A model generated the notes under the pieces. The model saw only the letters and a program-made list of their open reading frames with translations, did not search any database and was not told the origin of the DNA. The translations under genes and the position numbers were made by a program. Shown here in pieces: positions 28,310 to 37,226 of a DNA stretch of 64,000 nucleotides (position 1 is the stretch's first letter; each line of letters starts with the position of its first letter). The stretch comes from a virus. The stretch lies in IMG/VR virus record IMGVR_UViG_3300028394_000042; one strand, 5' to 3'.

Positions 28310-30352
28310 TCAGAGGATTTGCTGCCTCCGTGCGTTCTGCATTTCGCCTTGCTGGAATTCACCAGTGGCTGGGCCAGCACCGGGGCCAACAGCGTTTTCT
28401 ATCTGCTGGCCTTGTTGCCGCACAGCGTCACGCCGCCGAATACGAGACTGCTGCGCTGCCGCCCACGCATTACCAGCGCTATTTTGATTTTGTGCCGGCG
28501 CAGGTGCAGGCGCTGGAGCCGGGGCAGGTGCAGGAGCTGCTGCGGGAGCGCGACCCTGATCCCACGTTAATGGCGACCGCACATTTGGAACGTATGTTCG
28601 AGCTGTCTGCGCGGCACCGCGCGCTGCGTTACCGACACCAGCCACGGCGTTGCCAATAGCCCGGCCAGTTCCGGTTACAGCGTTGCCCACAGCTTGCCCG
28701 GCGCCCGTGACAGCACCAGTGACATTGTTTACAGCGTTTGTGGCGTCGCTGTGCAGCTGGTTGCCGACTGATTGCCCAAACTGCCCGGCGAGATTGGCGT
28801 ATGGCTGCGTGATAGGCTGTGTAAGTTTATGCGCGCCATAACCAATCGCTGCTGCAGCCGGTAATGCTGTCGCAACACGATTAGCGGCACCTGTAGCCGC
28901 GCTACCAAGCAGGTTTGCGCCTTGGCCAGCTACGTTTGCCACGCCGCCAAGCGCAGCCTGCGCTCCGCCACCAACAGCGCGCGCTGCGCCGCCCCAGCCG
29001 CCTGTAGCAGCGCCAGCACTGGCTCTGGCCGCGCCATTCGTCATTGCATCGGTGCCACGCGTTACAAGACCTTTACCGACACTTGAGGCCGCAGAGCCAA
29101 ATCTTCCCGCAATGCTTTTAGCCGCGTTGCCAATTCCGGGTAACACAGTTTTTGCCACAAGGGAACCCAAGCCAGCAGCTTCTTTGTAGTTACCGGCAAA
29201 CTTAACGCCCGCAGAAAAAGCGGCACTGGCTTTCATAGACCCGCTGCTTGTGCTGCTGTTGGCTAACTGCGGCATCATGCGACCCATTGCCTGCGTGTGC
29301 TGCTGCTGGTAGGGATTAGCGCCCTGCACAAATTGCATGTTGGGGTCGCCGCCCAAACCGCCACCTTGCTGCCCAAACAAAGCATTCGCGCCGTTGCGCA
29401 CAAACTGCTGTGCGCCTTGGCCAAACATGCCCGCATGCGCTGCGCCTAATCCGGCCGCGCCAACACCCAGCGCGCCAAGACCCATGCCCAGCCCGCTGCC
29501 GCGTTCGCTGTTTCCGTGCATATACGCGCCCAGCAAAGCAGCGGGCACGCCGGCCCCAATAGCGTAGCGTGCTTCCATCGGTAGGCTGTTCCACATACCC
29601 ATCAAACCGTCACCGCCACCGTTTTGATTGGGCAGGTTTAATCCACCGTTCGGCTGTCCTGTGTACTGCGCAAGTGTTGATGGCGACTTATCGCCGCCAC
29701 CGGTAAGTGCGCTATAACCGCCGTAAGTTGCTGCGCCGCCAGCGCCCAGTACGCCAGCGCCAGTAGCAAGATTCAACGGATTGCGCGGATCTACAGTCGA
29801 CCGCAGCCCGCCAGAAAACGGCAGATTGCGAGACTTAAGCTGCGCCGCCCCAATTGTGCGATTGCCGAGCAGCGCGCGCTGCGTGGCAGGAGTGCGGACA
29901 AAAGAGTCAGCAGCTGTAGACGCATTCACGCCAGACAGCCCTGTACGCACCTCGTCGTCAAGGTAGTTGAGCCCTTTCCGCGTTGTGTTCAACGTTTTTT
30001 GGCCGAGGCCGCCGACAGCGTCTAACGCCTGCCCGGGCAGCGCTTTAACTTTGTCCCACGCCGCGCCGGGGTTATCGATTACGTTTTGGCCCGCCTGCAT
30101 GGCTTGATTACCCCAATGGGCGCCCTGCGCTTTAGCAGCGCGGCCGGCAGCCTGTAACGTAGTAGCGCCTTGAGCTTGCGCGCGACTAAAGCCCTTAGCA
30201 GCCTGCGGCATCGCTCTTGTCGCTGCCTGCTGCGCTGCCGGAATAGCTTTGCGCGCCATTGACACGCCGCCTTGAAGCAATTTGGCCAACGGGCCGGCTG
30301 TTTTCTCGGAATACTGCTGGTCAAGAACGGCAATGAATTCTTGCGGTGTCAT
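28310..30352 (-). CDS. Gly/Ala-rich putative virion polyprotein with glycine zippers
   Basis: EKTA, KFA and KEA motifs; several GxxxG hydrophobic segments; (AP)n tract. Confidence 0.7.
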   Translation of the reverse strand: MTPQEFIAVLDQQYSEKTAGPLAKLLQGGVSMARKAIPAAQQAATRAMPQAAKGFSRAQAQGATTLQAAGRAAKAQGAHWGNQAMQAGQNVIDNPGAAWDKVKALPGQALDAVGGLGQKTLNTTRKGLNYLDDEVRTGLSGVNASTAADSFVRTPATQRALLGNRTIGAAQLKSRNLPFSGGLRSTVDPRNPLNLATGAGVLGAGGAATYGGYSALTGGGDKSPSTLAQYTGQPNGGLNLPNQNGGGDGLMGMWNSLPMEARYAIGAGVPAALLGAYMHGNSERGSGLGMGLGALGVGAAGLGAAHAGMFGQGAQQFVRNGANALFGQQGGGLGGDPNMQFVQGANPYQQQHTQAMGRMMPQLANSSTSSGSMKASAAFSAGVKFAGNYKEAAGLGSLVAKTVLPGIGNAAKSIAGRFGSAASSVGKGLVTRGTDAMTNGAARASAGAATGGWGGAARAVGGGAQAALGGVANVAGQGANLLGSAATGAANRVATALPAAAAIGYGAHKLTQPITQPYANLAGQFGQSVGNQLHSDATNAVNNVTGAVTGAGQAVGNAVTGTGRAIGNAVAGVGNAARGAAQTARTYVPNVRSPLTWDQGRAPAAAPAPAPAPAPAPAPAQNQNSAGNAWAAAQQSRIRRRDAVRQQGQQIENAVGPGAGPATGEFQQGEMQNARRQQIL

Positions 30353-30379
30353 AGTGCGCGAGTCCTTACGTCACTGGGT

Positions 30380-30547
30380 TTAGTTATCTTTGTCTGTGTT
30401 TCGAGCTTCTGGCGCCGGCTTAGCGTATTCGCACCGGCCGCCTTCGCAGCATGTCTCAAGGATAATGTGGCAAAACGGGCACACAAGTTTGCCGCGAATC
30501 TCAATTGGCCGGCTTTCACATACCGGGCATGTAGTTCCGCCGGTCAT
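30380..30547 (-). CDS. small zinc-finger protein, 55 aa
   Basis: manual translation MTGGTTCPVCESRPIEIRGKLVCPFCHIILETCCEGG..; TAATG overlap. Confidence 0.6.
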   Translation of the reverse strand: MTGGTTCPVCESRPIEIRGKLVCPFCHIILETCCEGGRCEYAKPAPEARNTDKDN

Positions 30548-31182
30548 TACCAACCGCCTCCGTACGGGTCTGACCCGGAGGACGCCGACGAACTAGCCGC
30601 AGAAGATGACGAATTTGGCCAGTTTACCTCTACAGGCGGGCGCAATTTGACGCCAAAGTTAACGTCAAGCGGGTTACGCATACTGACACTGGGCAGCGGC
30701 AATTTTGGCGCAATGTTAGCGCCAGCAGCAAGTAAGCCGCCAGCTGCAAGTGTCGGAATGCCCATCGACGCTTCTGACAAGCCGCTCACACCTTTACCCA
30801 CTTCGTCAATACCTTGGCCTAACCAAGACACACCGCGACCCACGCCGCGTGTGAGCTTGCCGCCTAACCGCGCGCTGTGCCCAGTAGCCCCTACGACGTC
30901 GCGCAACGCGCCGCTGTACGCGCCTTTGTTTACTGGGCGAATGGCGCGGGCGCCGGCCGACATTCCAGCGCGCCCAATTGAGCGAATGCCTTCTCCAACA
31001 GCGTCTACGCCGCCACCAAGGCCGCTAATTGCGCCGCCCACGCCTTGCACAATGTTCTTTGAGCCCGCGTTTAGCTTGCTCAAAGCCCGCGCGCCAGTCA
31101 TGCCAGCGCGAGCAAGCCCTTGGAAGAGCCCGGCTGCTTTTTCAGGCGCGCCAGCCATACGGCCAAATTCATACGGTGTCAT
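30547..31182 (-). CDS. Gly/Ala-rich putative virion protein
   Basis: MTPYEFG..EKAA N-terminus. Confidence 0.7.
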   Translation of the reverse strand: MTPYEFGRMAGAPEKAAGLFQGLARAGMTGARALSKLNAGSKNIVQGVGGAISGLGGGVDAVGEGIRSIGRAGMSAGARAIRPVNKGAYSGALRDVVGATGHSARLGGKLTRGVGRGVSWLGQGIDEVGKGVSGLSEASMGIPTLAAGGLLAAGANIAPKLPLPSVSMRNPLDVNFGVKLRPPVEVNWPNSSSSAASSSASSGSDPYGGGW

Positions 31183-31206
31183 CGTGTGATCCTTGGAGTG
31201 GGTAAA

Positions 31207-32031
31207 TTAGTACTTATATACAATTGGTTTGCCAGTGTTGGAAAAACCTTGAACCGGCCTGTTTTGCATTGGCTGCTGGCCCATTTGTGGCTGGCCCATT
31301 GGCTGTTGCATCGGCATGTTGTTATCCATGGGCGGCTGCGCGGGCTGTGACTCACCCGGAGCAGCAAACATGCTGGCTGTGAGTATTGGATTACGCCCCG
31401 CTGCTCCGCCAAGATAGTTCATGCCGCGGCTTACAACATTCTGGCCGGGCACGGTTGGCATCACGCTTGTTAAATTCTTGGCAAGGTTCGTGTTCATCTT
31501 GCCCACTTGGGTTACACCGCGCTGTGTGAGACTACCAAGCGCCTGCACACCTTTGCCAGCCGTGCTTGCAATCCCACTACCAAACACGCCCTTGGTTGCC
31601 TGTCGCGCGCCCCAGCTAGCAAGCCCCTTACCAGCAGCTGTCAGACCCTTTGCGTACGCGCCGCCGCCCGGAATGACTAAGCTACCGGCGGCGCCAAGCG
31701 CGTGACCAGCTGCGTCGCCCCAATTACCGGCCATCGCGGAGCTACCGGCGTCTACAAGCGACGGAATAGCGCCGACGCCGGGAAGCCACTTAGCCCCTTC
31801 CCACGCAACTGTGCCGGGATTGTTGTAAACGTAACTAGCTGCGTCGCCAAGCATGCCGGCTTCTTTGTCTTGATGCTTTTTACCTTGAATCACTTCCTTC
31901 TTGGTCTTCTTGCTACCTACGGGTCGGCATGAGCCCTCTGTATATGACTTTGTGCCCGGAACTGGTTCGTAGCCAGCCCAGCAACGCGCTGTCTTTTCGC
32001 CAATCACGTAGCCAAATTCGTATGGATTCAT
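31207..32031 (-). CDS. Gly/Ala-rich putative virion polyprotein
   Basis: MNPYEFG..EKTA, RCWAGYEPVPG..GSC mini-domain, KEA, Gln-rich tail. Confidence 0.7.
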   Translation of the reverse strand: MNPYEFGYVIGEKTARCWAGYEPVPGTKSYTEGSCRPVGSKKTKKEVIQGKKHQDKEAGMLGDAASYVYNNPGTVAWEGAKWLPGVGAIPSLVDAGSSAMAGNWGDAAGHALGAAGSLVIPGGGAYAKGLTAAGKGLASWGARQATKGVFGSGIASTAGKGVQALGSLTQRGVTQVGKMNTNLAKNLTSVMPTVPGQNVVSRGMNYLGGAAGRNPILTASMFAAPGESQPAQPPMDNNMPMQQPMGQPQMGQQPMQNRPVQGFSNTGKPIVYKY

Positions 32032-32399
32032 GTTTTCAAGCACCTTCTACTAAGCACAGCCTTGCGGTACTCAGCCACCATTTTGCGCACGTCTTTATTG
32101 TAGCAATGAAACGACCCTAAATGCCCAAACACAATATGGCAACGAGAGCACAAAGTCATAAGGTTCGAGGGGTCGAGTTCTTTAGAAGGGTCAAAGCTTA
32201 CCGGAATTACATGGTGCACAGCAAGCTCGACAGCGCGCATGCAGGCTTCACACTCTGAACACTTAACAAGCTGCGCGGCTCTGATTACGCGCCAGTGTCC
32301 AGCCCGTGCCCGCATGTCCAAGATATAGCGTGGGCGTAACCAATACGGCAGCCGATTGAAGAACGCACGGTACAGCGCGTATACGAAATCGGGCCACAT
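32028..32399 (-). CDS. HNH endonuclease
   Basis: CEAC..VHHVIP..NLMTLC..CH. Confidence 0.85.
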   Translation of the reverse strand: MWPDFVYALYRAFFNRLPYWLRPRYILDMRARAGHWRVIRAAQLVKCSECEACMRAVELAVHHVIPVSFDPSKELDPSNLMTLCSRCHIVFGHLGSFHCYNKDVRKMVAEYRKAVLSRRCLKT

Positions 32400-32402
32400 G
32401 GG

Positions 32403-32579
32403 TTACTCGCATTCTGGAGTACGACTTGCGGAGTGCTTACTGGGTACTTGCGGGGTGTGTTCTGCTATCTGTCTGGCTCCGGGTTGATACTTAGGCGCAT
32501 AGGGGCAGTTCTGGCACTTGTTGCCGCAACACATGCCATACCCCAAGAGCTTCTCGCGTGAGAGGGGTTTTGCTGGCAT
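32403..32579 (-). CDS. small Cys-rich protein (DUF5522-like)
   Basis: manual translation contains GMCCGNKCQNCPY. Confidence 0.55.
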   Translation of the reverse strand: MPAKPLSREKLLGYGMCCGNKCQNCPYAPKYQPGARQIAEHTPQVPSKHSASRTPECE

Positions 32580-32609
32580 GGCGCAGACTCAGGCTGGTTT
32601 ACTACACTA

Positions 32610-32963
32610 TCAGCGCGTAATGGCTATTGTAGTAAAGTGCGCCTCAAACGCTGAGTATATTTCAGCGTACGCCACGCCCCATGTAGCGTCGTGGGCCAGC
32701 TTGTTGAACGCCTCGTCGTCTGCGGCGTTGTCCATGCGGTGGTTCCAAGCCCGAGCATGCGCCCACTCATGCACAAGAACTTCCATGGCTAGGTGCTCGT
32801 GCAGGCTCTTGTCCAGCTGGATAATGAACTTCTTGCCGTGCTTCCAGCAGCGCCCGTTGTAATTAGATAACTTAACCCGCCGCACGCTTACTGGAAAAGC
32901 CGCCGGGAAGTCTTGCTTGAGTAGCTTTAAGAGGGCTCGGTAGCTGGAAAAGCGAGCAGCCAT
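32610..32963 (-). CDS. zincin-like (SprT/IrrE-like) metalloprotein
   Basis: VLVHEWAH..HDATWG; GGAGG RBS. Confidence 0.75.
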   Translation of the reverse strand: MAARFSSYRALLKLLKQDFPAAFPVSVRRVKLSNYNGRCWKHGKKFIIQLDKSLHEHLAMEVLVHEWAHARAWNHRMDNAADDEAFNKLAHDATWGVAYAEIYSAFEAHFTTIAITR

Positions 32964-33021
32964 GCTTGACCTCCGTGTCAAAACAAACCAAGCCTGCCGC
33001 ACGTCATGTGGGGCAGGCTTG

Positions 33022-33050
33022 ATTATACAGCCAGCGCTGCGATCTGTCAG
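33022..33050 (-). promoter_or_regulatory. sigma70-type promoter
   Basis: CTGACA-N17-TATAAT upstream of the zincin gene. Confidence 0.6.
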
Positions 33051-33056
33051 ATTCTG

Positions 33057-34658
33057 CTACTGGCCCAAGCGTCCTTGCAGGGCCAGCGCAGCCTTTTTGA
33101 TAGCCGCAGCTTCCTTGGCTTCTTCTTCTTTGTCTTCTTTGTCTTTCTTAGGCGCAGTTTTCTTCTTCTGCGGCCCAAGTAAAGCTTTCGCACCTACGTG
33201 GCCCATGTAACCGCCGCCCAAAGCGCCCACGCCAGCCCCTAAGCCAGCCCCAAGGCCAGCCCCGGCACGCGTGTTGCCCGCTAATCTACCCAGTAACGCG
33301 CCTAAGCCAGCGCCGCCCAATGCGCCCAAGCCCGCGCCACCCATAGCGCCCATATGTGTTCCGCCGCCGATGACAGCGCCCCGGCCAATACCTTCAGCTC
33401 TGTGGCCCGGCTCGCTAGTCAGGGCGCCTAAGCCAGCGCCGAGTGTAGCGCCGGCCAAGAAAGACTCTTTGCCCATCGCAGAACTAGGCTGACTGGGCGC
33501 AGACGATTTTTGCCACGACGGCTTGCCAAGCGCAGCACTTGTGGCTGCATAACCACCGGCGCCGCCAACCACACCACCCACAGGTGCGCCTATACCAACT
33601 GACATCAAAGCGTTTGCTAAATTATGCCCGTTTACATCATTTTGCGTTACTTTACGCGCCGCAGAGCGTGCAGCGTTAGTCATGCCTTTGTGCATAAACG
33701 GCAGCCGCCGACCTTTGAGCATCATTGCCGCGGCCAAAACACCCAACGGCATCCCGGCCAACGCGCCCAGTCCTGTGCCGGTGCCTTTAACAGCTCCCCG
33801 CGCAGCGCCTTCCATGCGGTGACCTTCAGGAGAAGTCATAGCGCCTAAACCGCCGCCGACAAAAGACGCCATAAGCGCGCTTTTTACCTGATTGAGTGAA
33901 GAAGCTTTTGCCAGCATTGTCCGTTGCGCTGGCGCTACTGGTTGCGGCTCACGCATTTGGCGCGTTGGAACCGGGGCTGCGTCTGATGCAGCACCCAATT
34001 GGCTCAACTGCCGCAGCATACGAGGAGCCTGCGCTACCTCGCCGCCGGCTGAACTACGCATGCTGTTCAGTCGCTGCCGCACCACATCAGCTTGGTCGCG
34101 AGGATGCGCGCTACTTGGGTTGGGTTTATACCCCGGAGCATTGCGCATTTTGTTGCTTTGGCTAAACAGCTTATCGGCCTGCTGCGCCATTGCGCGATCT
34201 TCGCCAGCGGAGAGAGACCCGCGCCCGAACGCAGCATCGCGCCGGCGCTGGTTAAGCTGCGCCAAAATAGCCTTGGCTTGGTCAGACGGATGTAACTCAG
34301 CAGGTTGTTGCGGGGCAGCTGGCTTAGGCGCTGGCGCGGGGCGCGACTTGGGGAAAGACTTAGGATTGGCTGCGACAACACCAGCGCCAGTCGAGGCCAT
34401 GCCGCCCATGCCGCCAGCAGCGTAGGGGATAGTCGGCTTAGGCAGCATTTTGCCAACTGAATCAATTGCTTGCTGCCCGCCTTGGCTAAACAAATCCAAA
34501 CCAGCTTGGGCGGGGCTGCGCCCGGCTTCAGGAGAAACAACGGCCGGCATTGAAGGCGTACTACCCGGTGGCGTCCAAGCTGTTTTTGCCATACGCGCCT
34601 GCGCTTGCGCCAGTAAATTACGGTTAATTGAATTACCGACACTGTTAAGCTGCGACAT
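33057..34658 (-). CDS. Gly/Ala-rich putative virion polyprotein with duplicated modules
   Basis: two HP.DQA..LN..R repeats; two GAxTS..GHR.EG..RGAV glycine-zipper repeats; KTA, KSA and KAA motifs. Confidence 0.7.
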   Translation of the reverse strand: MSQLNSVGNSINRNLLAQAQARMAKTAWTPPGSTPSMPAVVSPEAGRSPAQAGLDLFSQGGQQAIDSVGKMLPKPTIPYAAGGMGGMASTGAGVVAANPKSFPKSRPAPAPKPAAPQQPAELHPSDQAKAILAQLNQRRRDAAFGRGSLSAGEDRAMAQQADKLFSQSNKMRNAPGYKPNPSSAHPRDQADVVRQRLNSMRSSAGGEVAQAPRMLRQLSQLGAASDAAPVPTRQMREPQPVAPAQRTMLAKASSLNQVKSALMASFVGGGLGAMTSPEGHRMEGAARGAVKGTGTGLGALAGMPLGVLAAAMMLKGRRLPFMHKGMTNAARSAARKVTQNDVNGHNLANALMSVGIGAPVGGVVGGAGGYAATSAALGKPSWQKSSAPSQPSSAMGKESFLAGATLGAGLGALTSEPGHRAEGIGRGAVIGGGTHMGAMGGAGLGALGGAGLGALLGRLAGNTRAGAGLGAGLGAGVGALGGGYMGHVGAKALLGPQKKKTAPKKDKEDKEEEAKEAAAIKKAALALQGRLGQ

Positions 34659-34702
34659 GGAGTAACTCCGTAAACGGCGTTAGGGGTATGTGTATAACTA
34701 GT

Positions 34703-37069
34703 TTAAGCTCTAGTCGTCTGTGCTGCCAAACGAGCTTTATCGCGTTCTTGCTGCTTTCGGCTGCCTTCTTCGCGCAGGATCTTCCGAAACTGCTCGTTAA
34801 GTTGCTCTTTCTCGCCTGTAAGTCTCTCCAGCATCTCGTCGCCTGTTCTGTGGCGCTTGTACCCCATGAGCTTGCCGATAAAGCTAGGGTCTTCGGAGCT
34901 ACTTAGATATCTTTGAACTGCAACGTTCTTGAGTTCTTCCGGCAACCCTACGTGCGAGTCAAACCGCAGGCCACGACCCTGAGCTTGCTGGGAGCGCGCC
35001 TCGTTCCAGTGCGGGTCCAGAAGCTGAATCAAGCTAGTCCCGCGCGTGCTTATTCCCTCGGCACCAGCAGGCCCGATAAGCAGCGCCCTGAGCTTGCCGG
35101 CGTTGTAAGCGTCTACAGCAGCTTGGCGGGCCTTGGGTGAAACTCCGCCGTGGAAGAATCCATGCGGAATCTTGGCTTTGTCCAGCGCAGCAGCATACGG
35201 CGACAGGCCAGAGTCTACGAAGTTCGAGTAGATGATGGCTTTCTTGCGCTTGTCGCTCTGCAGTGTTTCTTGCAGGTTCTTGAAAGCTGCCTGTAACTTA
35301 GACGACTGGCCGAAAGCTTTCCCGGGGTCTTTGTCTACCCGAAACGGCTGCGTGGAAAGACTCACTTGGCGCAGACCCGACATGAACGAATTGAGCTTGG
35401 CTAACTCTGCACGAGACAACGGGAACTCATGGTCCATCTTCCACAAGAATCCGGGCGGAACTTGCGTCCGAATAGCTTTCTGGATCTTCTGCTGCTCGGC
35501 TGACAAGGGCACCCGAATAGTCTGGGCGTTCACATTCACGCCTTCCGGTGTCTTGCTTGCTTGGTAGTCGACGTGGCCGCGCAGCAACCCACGCAACTCA
35601 TTCTCATGGGCAACAACTGGCTTAACCCCAGCTTGAGCGCCACTGAGCCAGCCCCTGAAGCCCGGCCAGACTTTCTTCTGCCCCACGTATCTTTTCTCGA
35701 AGTCCTCTGGCGTGATCTGTTTTTCGTGTACCAATGAAAGCAAGTTAGCCAAATCACTGGGGTTGTTTGTGATGGGCGAGCCACTGAGCAAGAGAAGGCG
35801 CTTGGCGTTACGCGCTACTTCTGCGGCAGCTTGGGAACTAGCTGCGTTGGGATTACGAAGCCTGTGTGCCTCGTCCATGATGACAGTATCGGGCTGTTCT
35901 GTAAATTTTTTGCCCATACCCAAGCCTGTATACGACATCACTTCAGGATGTGAGTCTGTGAACTTGGCTATTTCCTTGTCGAAGTTGCCCTTGAGGCTAG
36001 CCGGAGCAACAACGCCATACGTGCCGCCGAACTGCTTCTTGGCAGCTTCAGCAGCAGCAAGGGCAGAAAGAGACTTGCCGGAGCCCAAGCCGTGATAGAC
36101 CAGCATCTTGGGTTGGTCTTCTGTGACCTCGTCGGCTACGCGCTGCTGGTGTTCTTGCAGCTGGATGCCGGGGAGGAGGTCGGCCTGCTTCCCCAGCCCC
36201 TGCACGTACTTCTGCATGGCTTTACGTTGGTACTGGTCGAGCATCTCAGTAGTGTCTCCCACTTGCTCTGGCGCAACAAGCTTGCTGGGGTCGATTCCCC
36301 AGTTACGCAAAGCCCAGCCTCTACGTGGCGTGGGGTTCTTGCTGAAAGAGCTACCGTGGCGCGCTTTGAAGCTAGCCCAGCGCTTGATCTGGCGGTCGTC
36401 TTCTTCTGGAATTCTACGGCCACCTGAGTAGCGCTTGTACCACTGCGCCCAGCCCTTCGGGTCATGCTCTGAGACCCACTCAGGCTTCCACTCACCCAAG
36501 CTAGCTAAACGTGGGCCTTGACCCCTGTACAGCGCGTCGTACACACCCAAGCTCTCAAGCTGCTCTGGGGTGTAGTCTGGGGTGAAGTCTGCGGCGAGCT
36601 TGGCCCACGCTTTGCCAGCTAGCTCAGCAAACCGCTTACGCAACGCGGCCTTGTCATCAAACTGCTCGATGTTACGCATGTGGTCTGTGAGTTTTACTTT
36701 ATGCGTCTTTGTGGGCGTCACGTCGTTTGGCACAGCCCAGCCCAGATTCGGGTCGCTTTCAGGCGGTGGCGAATACTGCTCGGAGTCGTACTCATACACG
36801 TTGCCCTCTGGAAGCAGCGCGTTGTCTTTGTGGATAAGCAGCTTTGGATTTGCGCCGCCAAGCACAGCCATGCCTCTGCGGTCTTTGGCTAATGCGTACA
36901 ACGCCGCCCAGTCAATATTGTCAGCGCCGTAGACCCCAGCCGCGCCCATATTTGGCTGCGTGGCTTTTAGCGTAGCCAAGTCAGGCGTTGTCGAGCCGTG
37001 ATAGAACGTCTTGGCGCTTTTTATCCACGCTTTGCCAGCTGCCTGCGCTATGTGTGAAGAGTGTGGCAT
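34703..37069 (-). CDS. polyprotein: ART-like domain + DPxGW..W..Y..GRR domain + SNF2-family helicase
   Basis: FYHGS..GVY; DPKGWAQWYKRYSGGRR..DDRQIKRW; HGLGSGKS, DEAH, SGSP, AGAEGI, QAQGRG.R. Confidence 0.85.
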   Translation of the reverse strand: MPHSSHIAQAAGKAWIKSAKTFYHGSTTPDLATLKATQPNMGAAGVYGADNIDWAALYALAKDRRGMAVLGGANPKLLIHKDNALLPEGNVYEYDSEQYSPPPESDPNLGWAVPNDVTPTKTHKVKLTDHMRNIEQFDDKAALRKRFAELAGKAWAKLAADFTPDYTPEQLESLGVYDALYRGQGPRLASLGEWKPEWVSEHDPKGWAQWYKRYSGGRRIPEEDDRQIKRWASFKARHGSSFSKNPTPRRGWALRNWGIDPSKLVAPEQVGDTTEMLDQYQRKAMQKYVQGLGKQADLLPGIQLQEHQQRVADEVTEDQPKMLVYHGLGSGKSLSALAAAEAAKKQFGGTYGVVAPASLKGNFDKEIAKFTDSHPEVMSYTGLGMGKKFTEQPDTVIMDEAHRLRNPNAASSQAAAEVARNAKRLLLLSGSPITNNPSDLANLLSLVHEKQITPEDFEKRYVGQKKVWPGFRGWLSGAQAGVKPVVAHENELRGLLRGHVDYQASKTPEGVNVNAQTIRVPLSAEQQKIQKAIRTQVPPGFLWKMDHEFPLSRAELAKLNSFMSGLRQVSLSTQPFRVDKDPGKAFGQSSKLQAAFKNLQETLQSDKRKKAIIYSNFVDSGLSPYAAALDKAKIPHGFFHGGVSPKARQAAVDAYNAGKLRALLIGPAGAEGISTRGTSLIQLLDPHWNEARSQQAQGRGLRFDSHVGLPEELKNVAVQRYLSSSEDPSFIGKLMGYKRHRTGDEMLERLTGEKEQLNEQFRKILREEGSRKQQERDKARLAAQTTRA

Positions 37070-37226
37070 TGTGAAACTACGCGTTGTTAGCCCTGTGCTA
37101 GTCCAGATTCTACAGTAGCTTTACGCGCTGGCATAACTCGCTACGGCTATGAACACAAGCACCCGCAGGAGGCTACGGGCAAAGCTGGCTAGGCGGGAGC
37201 GGGGTTTAGTTATCATAAGGCTGCGC

